Shown: piece after piece, positions 16,764 to 26,484 of the stretch | Layout of the letters: each line of letters begins with the position of its first letter | Position numbering within the stretch: the stretch's first letter is position 1 | From: Candidatus Methanomethylicia archaeon | Lineage (GTDB): Archaea > Thermoproteota > Methanomethylicia > Nezhaarchaeales > B40-G2 | Length of the DNA stretch: 64,000 bases | Assembly: GCA_029259155.1 (NCBI GenBank) | Contig: JAPDJI010000001.1 | Location: 8,042 to 72,041 of the forward strand | Direction of reading: 5' to 3' | Notes under the pieces: model-generated | The model's input: the letters and a program-made list of their open reading frames with translations, nothing else | Database searches by the model: none | Told to the model about the DNA's origin: nothing | Translations under genes and position numbers: made by a program

Positions 16764-18248
16764 TTGGTTAAAGTCCTACTTGTAGGCGACGCCTCGAGGG
16801 AAAATGCAATAGCTGACGCTTTGGCTAGGAGTACTAAGGAGCCTAGGCTTTATGCCGTGATGAAATTAAGGAACCCAGGCATAGCTAGGCTCTGTGAACA
16901 GACAGGGGGGGAGTTTTACTTAGGGAATTTCACGGATCCTAAAGTTGTAGTTGACGCAGCGTCTCGCTATTCAGTAGACCTAGTATTCATAGGGCCTGAA
17001 GAACCACTCTTCAGAGGTGTGGCTGATGCTTTAACGGAGGCAGGCTTCCCTTGCGTAGGTGCTTTGAAGGCAGCGGCTGAGGTTGAGATGTCTAAGGCTT
17101 TCATGAGGAGGCTTATGTGGAAGTACAATATCCCGGGTAGGTTGAGGTTTAAGGCTTTTAAGAACGTTGAAGACGCTATCGCCTACATCGCTGCGTACGC
17201 TGAAAGCATTGCTTTAAAACCTGCTAGACAAGCTGGAGGTAAAGGCGTGAAGGTCATAGCAGACCTCCAAGTATACCTCAGCAAGGAGAAGCAGGAGGTG
17301 AAGTCGAAACACGCTCAAGTTATACATGAAAAACACATGGCCGAGTACACCGACATAGAGGACCGTATATTGATAGAGGAGAGAGTTGAGGGACCTGAAT
17401 ACACGCTTCAAACCTTTACCGACGGCAGGACGGTTAGGCCGCTACCCTTAGTCCAAGACAATAAAAATGCCTTTGAAATGGATATAGGCCCTGAGACCGG
17501 CGGTATGGGCTCCATAGCTGGGCCAGGTTTAACCCTACCTTTCATAACCGAGGACGAATTTGAACGCTCCGTTGAAATAGTGAGGCGCGTCGTGGAAGCT
17601 ATCTGGAAGGAAACGGGAGTCAGGTATAAGGGCGTTATCTCAGGGCAAATGATGCTCACGGCTTTATGGGGACCCACCATAATAGAGTTCTATAGCAGGC
17701 TTGGCGACCCTGAAGCGTGCAACGTGCTTCCTATCCTTAAAACAGACCTTCTCGAAGTGGCGGAAGCCATAGTGAAGGAGAGCCTACATAAGGTCAAGCT
17801 AGAGTTTGAAGAGGGGGTAGCTACGGTGGTTAAGGCAGTGGCTCCTCAGGGCTACCCTGACCACCGTGACCTAGCTAAGGGACATCCTGTGCAGGTGGAC
17901 GAGGAAGCTATTAGGCGTAAAGGATGCATCATCTACTACGGCTCTGTCAACCAGAACCTGGATGGCTCTTTAGTTACAGGTGGCTCTCGCGTGGCTGAGA
18001 TTGTGGCTAAGTCTAAGACCATACCTGAAGCTGGCGAAATAGCTGAAGAATGCGTGCCTTATGTTAAGCTCCTCGATGGCTGGAAAACTTTCCACCGAAG
18101 CGATATAGGGAGTGAGACTCTTCTCAAGAGGAGGATGGAGCAGGCTGAGCTGATAAGGGACATATACAGGTATAGGATGTCGAAAGGCCTAGTAGGCAAG
18201 GTAATCGACTGGATACCTGGAAGAGGGAAGATCGAAACTACGCTCTAA
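16764..18248 (+). CDS. purD: phosphoribosylamine-glycine ligase (GAR synthetase)
   Basis: ATP-grasp with PurD motifs FIGPEEPL, GPETGGMG, GDPE, TGGSRV and FHRSDIG. The N-terminal loop reads GDASRENA instead of GxGGREHA. Confidence 0.85.
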   Translation: MVKVLLVGDASRENAIADALARSTKEPRLYAVMKLRNPGIARLCEQTGGEFYLGNFTDPKVVVDAASRYSVDLVFIGPEEPLFRGVADALTEAGFPCVGALKAAAEVEMSKAFMRRLMWKYNIPGRLRFKAFKNVEDAIAYIAAYAESIALKPARQAGGKGVKVIADLQVYLSKEKQEVKSKHAQVIHEKHMAEYTDIEDRILIEERVEGPEYTLQTFTDGRTVRPLPLVQDNKNAFEMDIGPETGGMGSIAGPGLTLPFITEDEFERSVEIVRRVVEAIWKETGVRYKGVISGQMMLTALWGPTIIEFYSRLGDPEACNVLPILKTDLLEVAEAIVKESLHKVKLEFEEGVATVVKAVAPQGYPDHRDLAKGHPVQVDEEAIRRKGCIIYYGSVNQNLDGSLVTGGSRVAEIVAKSKTIPEAGEIAEECVPYVKLLDGWKTFHRSDIGSETLLKRRMEQAELIRDIYRYRMSKGLVGKVIDWIPGRGKIETTL

Positions 18249-18262
18249 CCTTAAACCTCGCT

Positions 18263-19705
18263 GTGCGGCTCCGTGAAGCTTTAAAGCTTCAGGAACCTCA
18301 AGGTAGCAGCGGTGGTGGAATGACAATTAAGCCTAGAGAGTACTTGGGCACCCCTCTTTTTGAAGGAGCTGTTAAGCTTCTACTTTTAGGCTCAGGAGAG
18401 CTTGGCAAGGAAATAGCCATAGAGGCTACTAGGATGGGGGTCGAGGTAATAGCGGTGGATCGCTACGAGAACGCGCCGGCAATGCAGGTGGCTCATAAAA
18501 GCTATACCGTCAATATGCTCGACGGAGCAGCGCTGAAAGCTATAGTGCATAGAGAGAAACCTGACGTCATAGTACCTGAGATAGAGGCTATTAACACCGA
18601 TGCCTTAGTGGAGCTCGAGGAGGAAGGCTTCTTCGTCATACCTAACGCTAAGGCTGTCAAGGCTACCATGGATAGGGTTCTACTAAGAAAATTGGCTGCT
18701 GAAGAAGCAGGGGTTCCAACCTCTAGGTATGAATTTGCTGAAAACCTCGATGAACTCAAAGACGCCTGCGAGAAGGTAGGCTATCCATGCATAGTTAAGG
18801 CGCAGATGAGCTCGGGCGGCCTCGGCTCTAGCCTAGTATTTAGCCTCAACGAGGTTCCAAAAGCCTTCGAAGAGGCTCGTACGAAGGCGAGAGGGTTTGG
18901 AGGTAGGATGATAGTGGAGGGCGTCATAGAGTTCGACCTTGAGGTTACGGAGCTAGCGGTAGCTCACCTGGGTGATGACGGAAAGATGAAGATAAGCTTT
19001 CCTAAACCGGTAGGCCATGTCAGGTCGGGTAGCCACTACCATGTCAGCTGGCAGCCCTTCTTAGACTTGGATGAGCAGGCAGGCATGACTAAATCGCCGG
19101 TGGAAGGTTATGGTAGCCAACGACACCTAGCCGAAGATCCTCCCAGAGGAAAGCTTCTATGGAGCTCTAAATGGAATGGGAAATATGTGCCTAAGGAGGT
19201 TGTGGAGGAAGCTGAGCGCAAGATATACGATGTGGCCGGTAAGGTGGTCTCTAGGCTTTTAGGAGATAGAGGTGGCTTAGGGCTTTTTGGCTGCGAAATT
19301 TTCGTTAAACTAGGCGAAGATAATGGAAAGCCAGAGGTCTATTTTAATGAGATCTCGCCTAGGCCTCACGACACAGGGATGGTTACTATGATCACCCAAG
19401 ACCTCTCTGAAATGGCTCTCCACGTAAGGGCGGTGCTAGGCCTACCTATACCTGAAATAAGGCTTAGGAGCATAGGCGCAGCCCACGTGATCTTATCCCA
19501 TAAGGATGGAAGGTGGGCTCCAAGATATCGAGGTGTCTGGGAGGCTTTGAGCATGCCAGGGGTTCATGTAAGGCTTTTCGGTAAACCTGTTACTTACTTT
19601 GAGCGTAGAATGGGTTTAGCATTAGCCACTGCTTCCTCCATTACTGAGGCCAGGGAGAAGGCTTTGAAGGCAGCTCATCTACTAGAGTCTAAGATACAAT
19701 ATTAG
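18263..19705 (+). CDS. purT: formate-dependent phosphoribosylglycinamide formyltransferase (GAR transformylase 2); likely true start at ATG 18320
   Basis: Near-colinear with E. coli PurT: [71 protein letters not shown]. Carries a ~40 aa insertion after SWQP. Confidence 0.8.
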   Translation: MRLREALKLQEPQGSSGGGMTIKPREYLGTPLFEGAVKLLLLGSGELGKEIAIEATRMGVEVIAVDRYENAPAMQVAHKSYTVNMLDGAALKAIVHREKPDVIVPEIEAINTDALVELEEEGFFVIPNAKAVKATMDRVLLRKLAAEEAGVPTSRYEFAENLDELKDACEKVGYPCIVKAQMSSGGLGSSLVFSLNEVPKAFEEARTKARGFGGRMIVEGVIEFDLEVTELAVAHLGDDGKMKISFPKPVGHVRSGSHYHVSWQPFLDLDEQAGMTKSPVEGYGSQRHLAEDPPRGKLLWSSKWNGKYVPKEVVEEAERKIYDVAGKVVSRLLGDRGGLGLFGCEIFVKLGEDNGKPEVYFNEISPRPHDTGMVTMITQDLSEMALHVRAVLGLPIPEIRLRSIGAAHVILSHKDGRWAPRYRGVWEALSMPGVHVRLFGKPVTYFERRMGLALATASSITEAREKALKAAHLLESKIQY

Positions 19706-19706
19706 G

Positions 19707-20150
19707 GTGTTTTTCTTGATCACTCCACTTATAGCTTTAATCATGGGCAGTGAGTCTGATCGACCTATAGCTGAAAAAGCAATCAAGTTATTAGAGAAGC
19801 TTTCCATTCCCTTTGAGTCGAAGGTATTATCGGCGCATCGGAACCCTAAACAACTTGAAGAATACATCGAGAAATGCACCGCCGAGGTCTTCATAGCTAT
19901 CGCTGGCCTCTCAGCCCATCTACCCGGCTTCATAGCTTCAAGAACCCTTAAACCAGTAATAGGGGTACCTGTAGGTGCTAAGCTGGGGGGACTTGACGCT
20001 CTCTTATCCATCGTTCAAATGCCTAGAGGAGTGCCAGTTGCTTGTGTAGGGATTGATAATGCTGAGAACGCAGTCCTCCTAGCAGCTGAAATATTGGCGC
20101 TTAAGTATCCTGAAGTAGCTGAGAGCCTCAAACACTACAGGATGGCTTAA
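19707..20150 (+). CDS. purE: N5-CAIR mutase / AIR carboxylase
   Basis: [14 protein letters not shown]...SAHRNP... and GVPVG are PurE motifs. 147 aa. Confidence 0.9.
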   Translation: MFFLITPLIALIMGSESDRPIAEKAIKLLEKLSIPFESKVLSAHRNPKQLEEYIEKCTAEVFIAIAGLSAHLPGFIASRTLKPVIGVPVGAKLGGLDALLSIVQMPRGVPVACVGIDNAENAVLLAAEILALKYPEVAESLKHYRMA

Positions 20151-20198
20151 TGGCCAATAGCCAAAATAGCTATTAAGCCTAATACTGATTTCTAAACC

Positions 20199-21269
20199 GT
20201 GTCTGAGGAAGGCTGGACCTATGCTAAGAGCGGCGTGGACCTAGCTAGGGTTAAGAAGGCTCATCGCGACATAGCTAGGCTCTTATCGTCCACCTTTAAG
20301 CTCAGGGAGGGTAAGGTAGGTAAGGTGCTATCTTCGATAGGGCATTACGCTGGATTAATCGATGTGGGAGGAGGGTTAGCGCTAGCCCTCCATGCTGATG
20401 GAGTAGGGACGAAGGTTCTTGTTGCCCAACTCGTGGATAGATACGATACGGTAGGTATAGATTGCGTGGCTATGAACGTCAACGACCTGGTATGTATAGG
20501 TGCGGAGCCCATAGCCTTGGTTGACTACTTGGTGGTGGAGAGGGCAGAGGAGGATATGATAGCGGAGATTATGGAGGGGTTGGTAAAGGGGGCCGAATTA
20601 GCTGAGGTGGCTATTGTGGGTGGGGAAACGGCTGTAATGCCTGATGTAATTAAAGGAGAAGTAGAAGGGAAAGGCTTTGACCTTGCTGCCCTCAGCATAG
20701 GGGTAGTAGATCGACGCCTCATCTTGACGGGATCTAAGCTTAGACCTGGAGACGTTATAGTGGGCGTGGAGAGCAACGGTATACATAGTAACGGTCTTAC
20801 GTTAGCTCGTAAGGTACTACTTCAAGATAGGTCGGTGTACGACTCTTTGCCTGAGCTTGAATGTAGCATAGGCGAGGAGCTGCTTAAGCCCACTTTCATC
20901 TACGTCAAGCCAACGCTTAAAGCCTTAAAGAGTTTAGAGCTACACGCAATTGCTCACATAACGGGTGGCGCCTTCACAAAGCTGAGGAGATTTGAAGAGT
21001 ATTCACGTGTAGGCTTTAAGCTAGATGGAATGCCTGAGCCTCCGCCTGTGTTTAAGGCCATTAAGAGGCTAGGCAAGGTTTCGTGGGAGGAGATGTATAA
21101 AACCTTTAACATGGGTATAGGGCTCTGCTTAATGCTTAGCTCAGAACAGGTAGACGATGCCGTAGGTTTCTTCGAGAAGGAAGGCTTTAAGGCTAGGCCT
21201 ATAGGCAAGGTCGTTGACGAGCCAGGGGTAACGGTTAATGTACCGGGATATGGATTTATAGAGGTTTAA
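20199..21269 (+). CDS. purM: phosphoribosylformylglycinamidine cyclo-ligase (AIR synthetase)
   Basis: YAKSGVDL... with the PurM N- and C-domains (AIRS). 356 aa. Confidence 0.9.
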   Translation: MSEEGWTYAKSGVDLARVKKAHRDIARLLSSTFKLREGKVGKVLSSIGHYAGLIDVGGGLALALHADGVGTKVLVAQLVDRYDTVGIDCVAMNVNDLVCIGAEPIALVDYLVVERAEEDMIAEIMEGLVKGAELAEVAIVGGETAVMPDVIKGEVEGKGFDLAALSIGVVDRRLILTGSKLRPGDVIVGVESNGIHSNGLTLARKVLLQDRSVYDSLPELECSIGEELLKPTFIYVKPTLKALKSLELHAIAHITGGAFTKLRRFEEYSRVGFKLDGMPEPPPVFKAIKRLGKVSWEEMYKTFNMGIGLCLMLSSEQVDDAVGFFEKEGFKARPIGKVVDEPGVTVNVPGYGFIEV

Positions 21270-21310
21270 ATATTTAAATATTAAAAGAGGCCCTTGCGCG
21301 GTAGTGAGCC

Positions 21311-22117
21311 ATGTTTGAAATCCTCCTCCCCAAGGAAATGAAACCTAACACCATGGTAGAGGTCTACCTCCTTGTTGAACCTTTTATAAGAGCTAGGTGG
21401 CCTTTCCACTATGGTCTTACTAAGAAGAGGCCGACGTCTGCTCTAGAATACATGGCTGGAGGTATACCTACCAGTCATGGATGCTTAGTTCTTTGGTACT
21501 TAGGTCTGGATTGGCCTCTTTTCTTTAGAGAAGCATCAGATAAGCTTGATGGGTACGTATTGGATGAGCTCAAAGAACTGATAGCTAAAGGTAACTACAT
21601 GAAGGCTAGGAGGCTGTTACATAGACTAGACAGGTCTAAATTAAAGTCCATTCTCCTAGCTCGCAAAGGTTTAGTAAAGCACCTCGAATATGAATTGATT
21701 TTATCTATCCCCATACCAACGGAGGTAGAGGGGGTAGACGTAGAGCTAGAGATTTCTTCCATGGCTCGGTCTTTGGGGTCTCTTCTAGATTTTCGTAGGA
21801 GGGTTGTTGAGGGTAAGTCTCCATTCCTCGACGTTGAGTTACTTAAATGGCGCGTACCTATGGCTGATCCGTTAGAGATCTATGGTATCTATGAAGAGTT
21901 TTCCGGCGACGTAGAGGAGGTACTAAAGCTTGCTGTGAGCGAGCTGCTAGCAATAATACATGAAAGTATGAGTAGACCAGCATACATAGCGATAGTTAGA
22001 GGAGATGTTAACGCGGAGCGGACGTTAAGCGACTTTGAAGCTGAGTTAAGCAGGGAATTATCACCTATTGTGCGTTATGTTAACCCTTCTTCCATCTTCG
22101 CCACTTTAGTCTCGTAG
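21311..22117 (+). CDS. conserved hypothetical protein
   Basis: 268 aa ORF directly downstream of purM. No recognisable motif. Confidence 0.4.
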   Translation: MFEILLPKEMKPNTMVEVYLLVEPFIRARWPFHYGLTKKRPTSALEYMAGGIPTSHGCLVLWYLGLDWPLFFREASDKLDGYVLDELKELIAKGNYMKARRLLHRLDRSKLKSILLARKGLVKHLEYELILSIPIPTEVEGVDVELEISSMARSLGSLLDFRRRVVEGKSPFLDVELLKWRVPMADPLEIYGIYEEFSGDVEEVLKLAVSELLAIIHESMSRPAYIAIVRGDVNAERTLSDFEAELSRELSPIVRYVNPSSIFATLVS

Positions 22118-22154
22118 CGCAACGACTAATAGCTTATAAAGTCCATTTTTACAT

Positions 22155-22811
22155 ATGTATGAAAGGGTTAGACTAGCTATGACCAAGTTCCTTGGTATAT
22201 TTAGAGAACTTCCCGAGGAGGAGGAGCTGGTCTTTACACCTAAATCATCGGTTCCTACCCTCTTCGCTAGGGAGATGGAAATAAGGAAGCTGATGGGAGT
22301 TGAACGTAAAGAACAGCCTCTCATATATGCTGTGGCGTACCCATACCTAACTGACAAGCGCTTAATAATCCTCGCTCTCCACCAAGTGGAGTCTAAGACC
22401 CTAACTGAACGTAAAGCTCCGAGGATGGCTGCTAGGTCAGGTGCATGGCTGGATATCCCCCTTAGTTCAATAAGTGTGGCTGAGCTTAGATCAATAGAGG
22501 TTAAGAAAGACCGAGATCTTTCAGGTTTTCTAGACTGGAGCGGTTTCAGAGAGGCACTTGTCGAACGTTCACCTGCGATAGAGGTTATCTACGACGAGAA
22601 GCAGGCCTCAGGCAAAGTAAAAGATTACATTGATCTAGTCGCTGAAATGGGCTTCATAGTTAAGGACCCTAGGAAAGTGGAGCGCTCATACGATAAAGTA
22701 TTCTTAATAGGGGAAATGATGGTTGAAGACTTCTTACCATTACTTAAGGAACAGCTTGAGAAGACCTTAGAGATCAGGGAGAGCTCTGAAAGCGAGGAGG
22801 CTCTAGCTTAA
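22155..22811 (+). CDS. conserved hypothetical protein
   Basis: 218 aa ORF with an acidic C-terminus. No recognisable motif. Confidence 0.4.
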   Translation: MYERVRLAMTKFLGIFRELPEEEELVFTPKSSVPTLFAREMEIRKLMGVERKEQPLIYAVAYPYLTDKRLIILALHQVESKTLTERKAPRMAARSGAWLDIPLSSISVAELRSIEVKKDRDLSGFLDWSGFREALVERSPAIEVIYDEKQASGKVKDYIDLVAEMGFIVKDPRKVERSYDKVFLIGEMMVEDFLPLLKEQLEKTLEIRESSESEEALA

Positions 22812-23493
22812 CGGGTATAGGCTCTGTTACATTAACCTCCCCCTCCTTCAATACTACTTTATAGGCTAGTGGCTTAACCCCAGCTCTGAAAGCTTCTTTT
22901 AAGGCCTCGGCGAAGCCAGGGTCAACTTCATAATTAGGCCTCAGCTCTCCAGCTTCACACCTAGCCACTAGGAACAGTACATATCCTTCATATCTGTCCT
23001 TCACTGCCTTCGCTAACTCTTTTAGGTGTCTTTTCCCCCTAAAGGTAGGGGCATCTGGAAATAGGGCTATCTCTCCTACAGATAGAGTGCATCCTTTAAC
23101 TTCAACTAAAGCCTCTACGCCTTCAGCTGACTTTAAGAGGAGGTCTAGGCGGCCATCACCATATTTAATTTCCTTTCTCACCACTTCGTAACCTCTAAGC
23201 TCCCTGACCACTCCTCTTCTAATGGCCTCTTCAGCTAGCTTGACGTGAAGTGCTGAATCAACCAACACCCAGCAGTTGTTAGTCAATGTAGCCACCATGT
23301 ATAGCTCAGTCTTACGGCTACGCCCTATGTGAGGCCTAACCAATACCGTAGCTCCTCTAACCAGTAGCTCGGTGAGCCTCCCTGGATCATGTACGTGGAC
23401 GGTCTTTACCTTACCGTCGACCTCAACGTAGGCCCTAAACCGCCCTTCTCTCCTAATAAACCGCCCTTCCATTAAAGGATGAGAAATTTTCAC
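22774..23493 (-). CDS. sfsA: sugar fermentation stimulation protein homolog (SfsA, nuclease-fold DNA-binding protein)
   Basis: Colinear with E. coli SfsA: RREGRFRAYVEVDGKVKTVHVHDPGRL and LVEVKGCTL...FPDAPTFRGKRHLKEL. Confidence 0.7.
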   Translation of the reverse strand: MKISHPLMEGRFIRREGRFRAYVEVDGKVKTVHVHDPGRLTELLVRGATVLVRPHIGRSRKTELYMVATLTNNCWVLVDSALHVKLAEEAIRRGVVRELRGYEVVRKEIKYGDGRLDLLLKSAEGVEALVEVKGCTLSVGEIALFPDAPTFRGKRHLKELAKAVKDRYEGYVLFLVARCEAGELRPNYEVDPGFAEALKEAFRAGVKPLAYKVVLKEGEVNVTEPIPVKLEPPRFQSSP

Positions 23494-24227
23494 ATATGCT
23501 CCCTCAAAAGGAACCTTGCTACCTCAAAGGGTATGAACGCCGCTAATAGGAACCATGCCAAGTAGTAGAGGAAGCCAACGATGAAGACTATGAAGAAACT
23601 ATGTCCTTCGACTTGGAAGGGAGCCATTAACGCCATGACAAGGGTGAGGGTCAAGCAAAAAGCTACCACGTCCCTCCTTTCAACCTTCATGAATTTTTCT
23701 GAGCTTATCACCCCGAAGAGAAGACCTGAAATCAGCACTAAGATCCTAACGTCAAGCCATGGCGCATAGGGCCTAACGAGAATAAAGATTATTCCTAGCG
23801 TTACCCCTATGAAGGCTGGGGCCTTGATCATGGTTTTAATAACCATCTCTAGGCTTGATGCTTCCTTAACCTTAACCTTAAGCTGCACCTTGTCAGGCAA
23901 GCTTCGGTAGAGCTCATCTTTCGACCCCCTTCCCTCCATGAGGTCTATGCAGGCTTTGGCTAGCTCCGTAGCTTCATAGACATACTTTCGATTCACCTTT
24001 CTTCTACTAAGAAGGCCTGTTTCTAAGAGTTCCTCTAAGTGCTCATCTACCGTGCTTCTGGCTTTACTAACTCTCTCTGCTAACTCGCCTGCTGTGGCTG
24101 AGCCTTCTTCTATAAGGGATTTAGCGATGCGATACCTAGTTTCATCGCTGAGCGCTACAATAGCTCTCCTAACCAGCTCGCCTTTGCTCCTCTCCACGGA
24201 GCTCCCTTCCATGATAACTCCCCTCAA
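23490..24227 (-). CDS. ArsR/TrmB-like winged-helix regulator with C-terminal transmembrane domain
   Basis: The N-terminal wHTH is VALSDETRYRIAKSLIEEGSATAGELAERV...LEELLETGLLSRRKV. The C-terminal ~90 aa form 3-4 hydrophobic helices. Confidence 0.6.
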   Translation of the reverse strand: MRGVIMEGSSVERSKGELVRRAIVALSDETRYRIAKSLIEEGSATAGELAERVSKARSTVDEHLEELLETGLLSRRKVNRKYVYEATELAKACIDLMEGRGSKDELYRSLPDKVQLKVKVKEASSLEMVIKTMIKAPAFIGVTLGIIFILVRPYAPWLDVRILVLISGLLFGVISSEKFMKVERRDVVAFCLTLTLVMALMAPFQVEGHSFFIVFIVGFLYYLAWFLLAAFIPFEVARFLLREHM

Positions 24228-24248
24228 CTCATAGGAAAAATCTTTCGG

Positions 24249-24260
24249 CTCCGGCCGGAG
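24249..24260. promoter_or_regulatory. perfect 12-bp GC-rich palindrome CTCCGGCCGGAG upstream of the ArsR-like gene (candidate operator)
   Basis: Seen directly in the sequence. Lies 22-33 nt upstream of the minus-strand start codon at 24227, with further CCGGCC copies nearby. Confidence 0.3.
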
Positions 24261-24386
24261 TTTAGCCTCACTTAAGCCAAGTGCTTTTTCCGGCCTAAAT
24301 CGTCAGTTCAGCTCCGGTGTAGACCTTAACAAAGTTTAACCTCGAGCCTTGCGCCACGCCTCCTCGACGCGCTTGGAGGGAGCTGG

Positions 24387-25070
24387 TTGAGGAGGAGCGT
24401 AGTTGTCAAGGTGGTTAAGGATAAAGGGTTGTTGGGACAGGCCTTAGCGCTACTAATCCTAGCTTTACTTATAACGATGATCCCAAGCCTCATAGCTCTA
24501 CTGGTATTGCTCATAGCGTACAGGGTTATCAAAGCATTAAGGCTAAGGAGGAAAAACGTAGGCTTCAAGGCTTTGAAGCTAAAGAATAGATGGCCTATCT
24601 TCACCGGGAGGATTAAGTCAAATGGGCTTAAGAAGGTGGGAAGTTTAGGTGGATGTGGGCTCTACGTACCGGAAGGAGGATCTACATGTCTACTTTGCTT
24701 AAATGGCTTCACTTTGACTGGTAGTGGTTACCTATCTCTTAAGCCGTTAGAGCCCTTCTCTATCGATGTTAAGCCTCTCATGCACGCTGCCTTAAAAATG
24801 AGGAGACAGCTAGTTGTAGCGTTCATCGTAGATCCTGGTCGTTATGGTCCTTTAAAGGTCAAAGTAGCTACTTTGGTCGTGGTTAGGGCGGTAAGGAGGT
24901 GTTTAACGGTCGATGAAAGCCAAGTAGAGTCTCTCGTAAACGAGGTCGAACGCTGTCTTGATGGGGTAAGGGCGGTCCTGATGTCTCAGCCTTACCATCT
25001 AGAACTTGATGTCCTAAGCGGTGACGACCTCATCAACGCCAACCTGCTCTTGGTGGGGGGCTATGCGTAG
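24387..25070 (+). CDS. hypothetical membrane-anchored protein with Cys cluster
   Basis: N-terminal TM helix (LALLILALLITMIPSLIALLVLLIAY) followed by GGCGLYVPEGGSTCLLCLNGF. No recognised family. Confidence 0.35.
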   Translation: MRRSVVVKVVKDKGLLGQALALLILALLITMIPSLIALLVLLIAYRVIKALRLRRKNVGFKALKLKNRWPIFTGRIKSNGLKKVGSLGGCGLYVPEGGSTCLLCLNGFTLTGSGYLSLKPLEPFSIDVKPLMHAALKMRRQLVVAFIVDPGRYGPLKVKVATLVVVRAVRRCLTVDESQVESLVNEVERCLDGVRAVLMSQPYHLELDVLSGDDLINANLLLVGGYA

Positions 25071-26484
25071 GGACATTTATGAAGGTTCTGACGTGTTTTC
25101 GCCCTTCATTCCCACTCCTCTACCACCAATAGAGGGGGTGAGGGGCGAGTTATTCCATATAGGCGATGTTAGAGGGGAGGATGGATGGCAGCCTTTCCTC
25201 GTGGACCTTAGAGACCTTAAGTTCATCATCCTTGCGGGCCCTAAGAAAGCCAGGGTTTCCATAGGAGCTTCCTTATTGTTCAAAGAGTTCTTGGCGAGTA
25301 TAGGGTTCACGGTGCTGGATACTGGAAGAGGTTACCGAACACTGTTCAAGGCTCTCCCGAGAGCTAAGCTATATAGGCTTGGCCTCGACTCTACATTAAA
25401 TCCTTTCTCGATACCTGAAACTTGGAGAGAGTTTGAGGCTTACAGCTACGCATCGTTGGTTTCGAAGAGCTATGCTATATGCTTCAACCTTACGAGGATC
25501 CATGCTTCATTGATGTGTCGGGCTCTATGCAAGCTATATGCCGAGAAATCCAATCCCACATTATTGGAGGTAATACAGGCTGTTGAGGGTGAAGTGGAGC
25601 CTCTAGCTAGGCTTCAAGGCTTTGCTGAAGAGTTGAAGTCGCTGTTGGCCTCCATGCAGGAAGGCTATGTAGGTGCCTGCCTACTAGGCGTAGAGGAGGT
25701 ACCTTCACCTTCGGAGTTGGAGGAAGCGTGCATAGTGGAGCTTAGTTATCTACCTACCTCTGAGCTTAGGGCGTTTATCCAGGCCTGCTTCATGGCCAAG
25801 CTCTCCATTACAGCTAGGCTGAAAGGTTTAATGAGTCAATATACCTTGCTTATCGAGGATGCTCAGCACCTCTTCCAGGAGACTAGGGGATGGAAGTTGG
25901 AAGAACTTATCTCAAATATGTTAGATGCTGGCTTAAACCTACATTTAAGCACCCCTAGCGCAGCAGCCTTACCCTCTACTTTGAGAGGAGAAGGCATTAT
26001 CATACTAGAGGCTTTGGAGGGGGGCTTAGCTCACTTGGTTAAAGTTTCAACTTCTCGCGGGAAAATGGAAGCTAAATTAAGCACCTACTCATGGTTGGAG
26101 GATGACCTCACAGATTGTGACGTAGACCTCCTCGTGGAGTCGAGGACGGGAGTAAAGCCTAGAAGAGTTGGAGCTCCACGTAGACGTAGCTTAACGACTC
26201 TTGAGGAACTTTTCTTAAAGGAAGAAGTCAGAGCTGAAGCCTATAACATTCTATCTTACCTGAGAGATAACTACTCGACGTTTAAAGGCCTCTTCGAGCT
26301 CATGAACTTGCCTAAGGAGCTTGCTAGGAAGACCCTCATTAAGCTTTATCGAAATAAACTCATCGCCCAGAGCGAGGTGGGAGGAGTCAAGGTAGTTACG
26401 CTGACTGATCTTGGTAGGCTAGTACTTGAAGAGTATGAAAGCTCTCTGGAAGGTGAAGGAATTGATGGAGGTAAGGTGGCTTAG
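25063..26484 (+). CDS. hypothetical protein with degenerate P-loop-like segment and C-terminal winged helix (ORF track start 25021)
   Basis: FIILAGPKKARVSIGASLL resembles a Walker A context but lacks GK[ST]. LLIEDAQHL is Walker B-like. The C-terminus LARKTLIKLYRNKLIAQSEVGGVKVVTLTDLGRLVL is wHTH-like. ATG 25063 overlaps the upstream stop by 8 nt. Confidence 0.4.
   Translation: MRRDIYEGSDVFSPFIPTPLPPIEGVRGELFHIGDVRGEDGWQPFLVDLRDLKFIILAGPKKARVSIGASLLFKEFLASIGFTVLDTGRGYRTLFKALPRAKLYRLGLDSTLNPFSIPETWREFEAYSYASLVSKSYAICFNLTRIHASLMCRALCKLYAEKSNPTLLEVIQAVEGEVEPLARLQGFAEELKSLLASMQEGYVGACLLGVEEVPSPSELEEACIVELSYLPTSELRAFIQACFMAKLSITARLKGLMSQYTLLIEDAQHLFQETRGWKLEELISNMLDAGLNLHLSTPSAAALPSTLRGEGIIILEALEGGLAHLVKVSTSRGKMEAKLSTYSWLEDDLTDCDVDLLVESRTGVKPRRVGAPRRRSLTTLEELFLKEEVRAEAYNILSYLRDNYSTFKGLFELMNLPKELARKTLIKLYRNKLIAQSEVGGVKVVTLTDLGRLVLEEYESSLEGEGIDGGKVA

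Noticed and set aside
18263-19705. Possibility that the ATP-grasp gene before purE is purK rather than purT
   Set aside because: The sequence is colinear with E. coli PurT block by block ([10 protein letters not shown]…, GYPCIVK…, [10 protein letters not shown]). PurK lacks these.
19707-20150. Possibility that the PurE-like gene is LarB (given a LarC gene elsewhere in the window)
   Set aside because: It immediately follows purT in the pur operon, is only 147 aa (LarB has an extra N-terminal domain), and carries class PurE motifs. Called purE.
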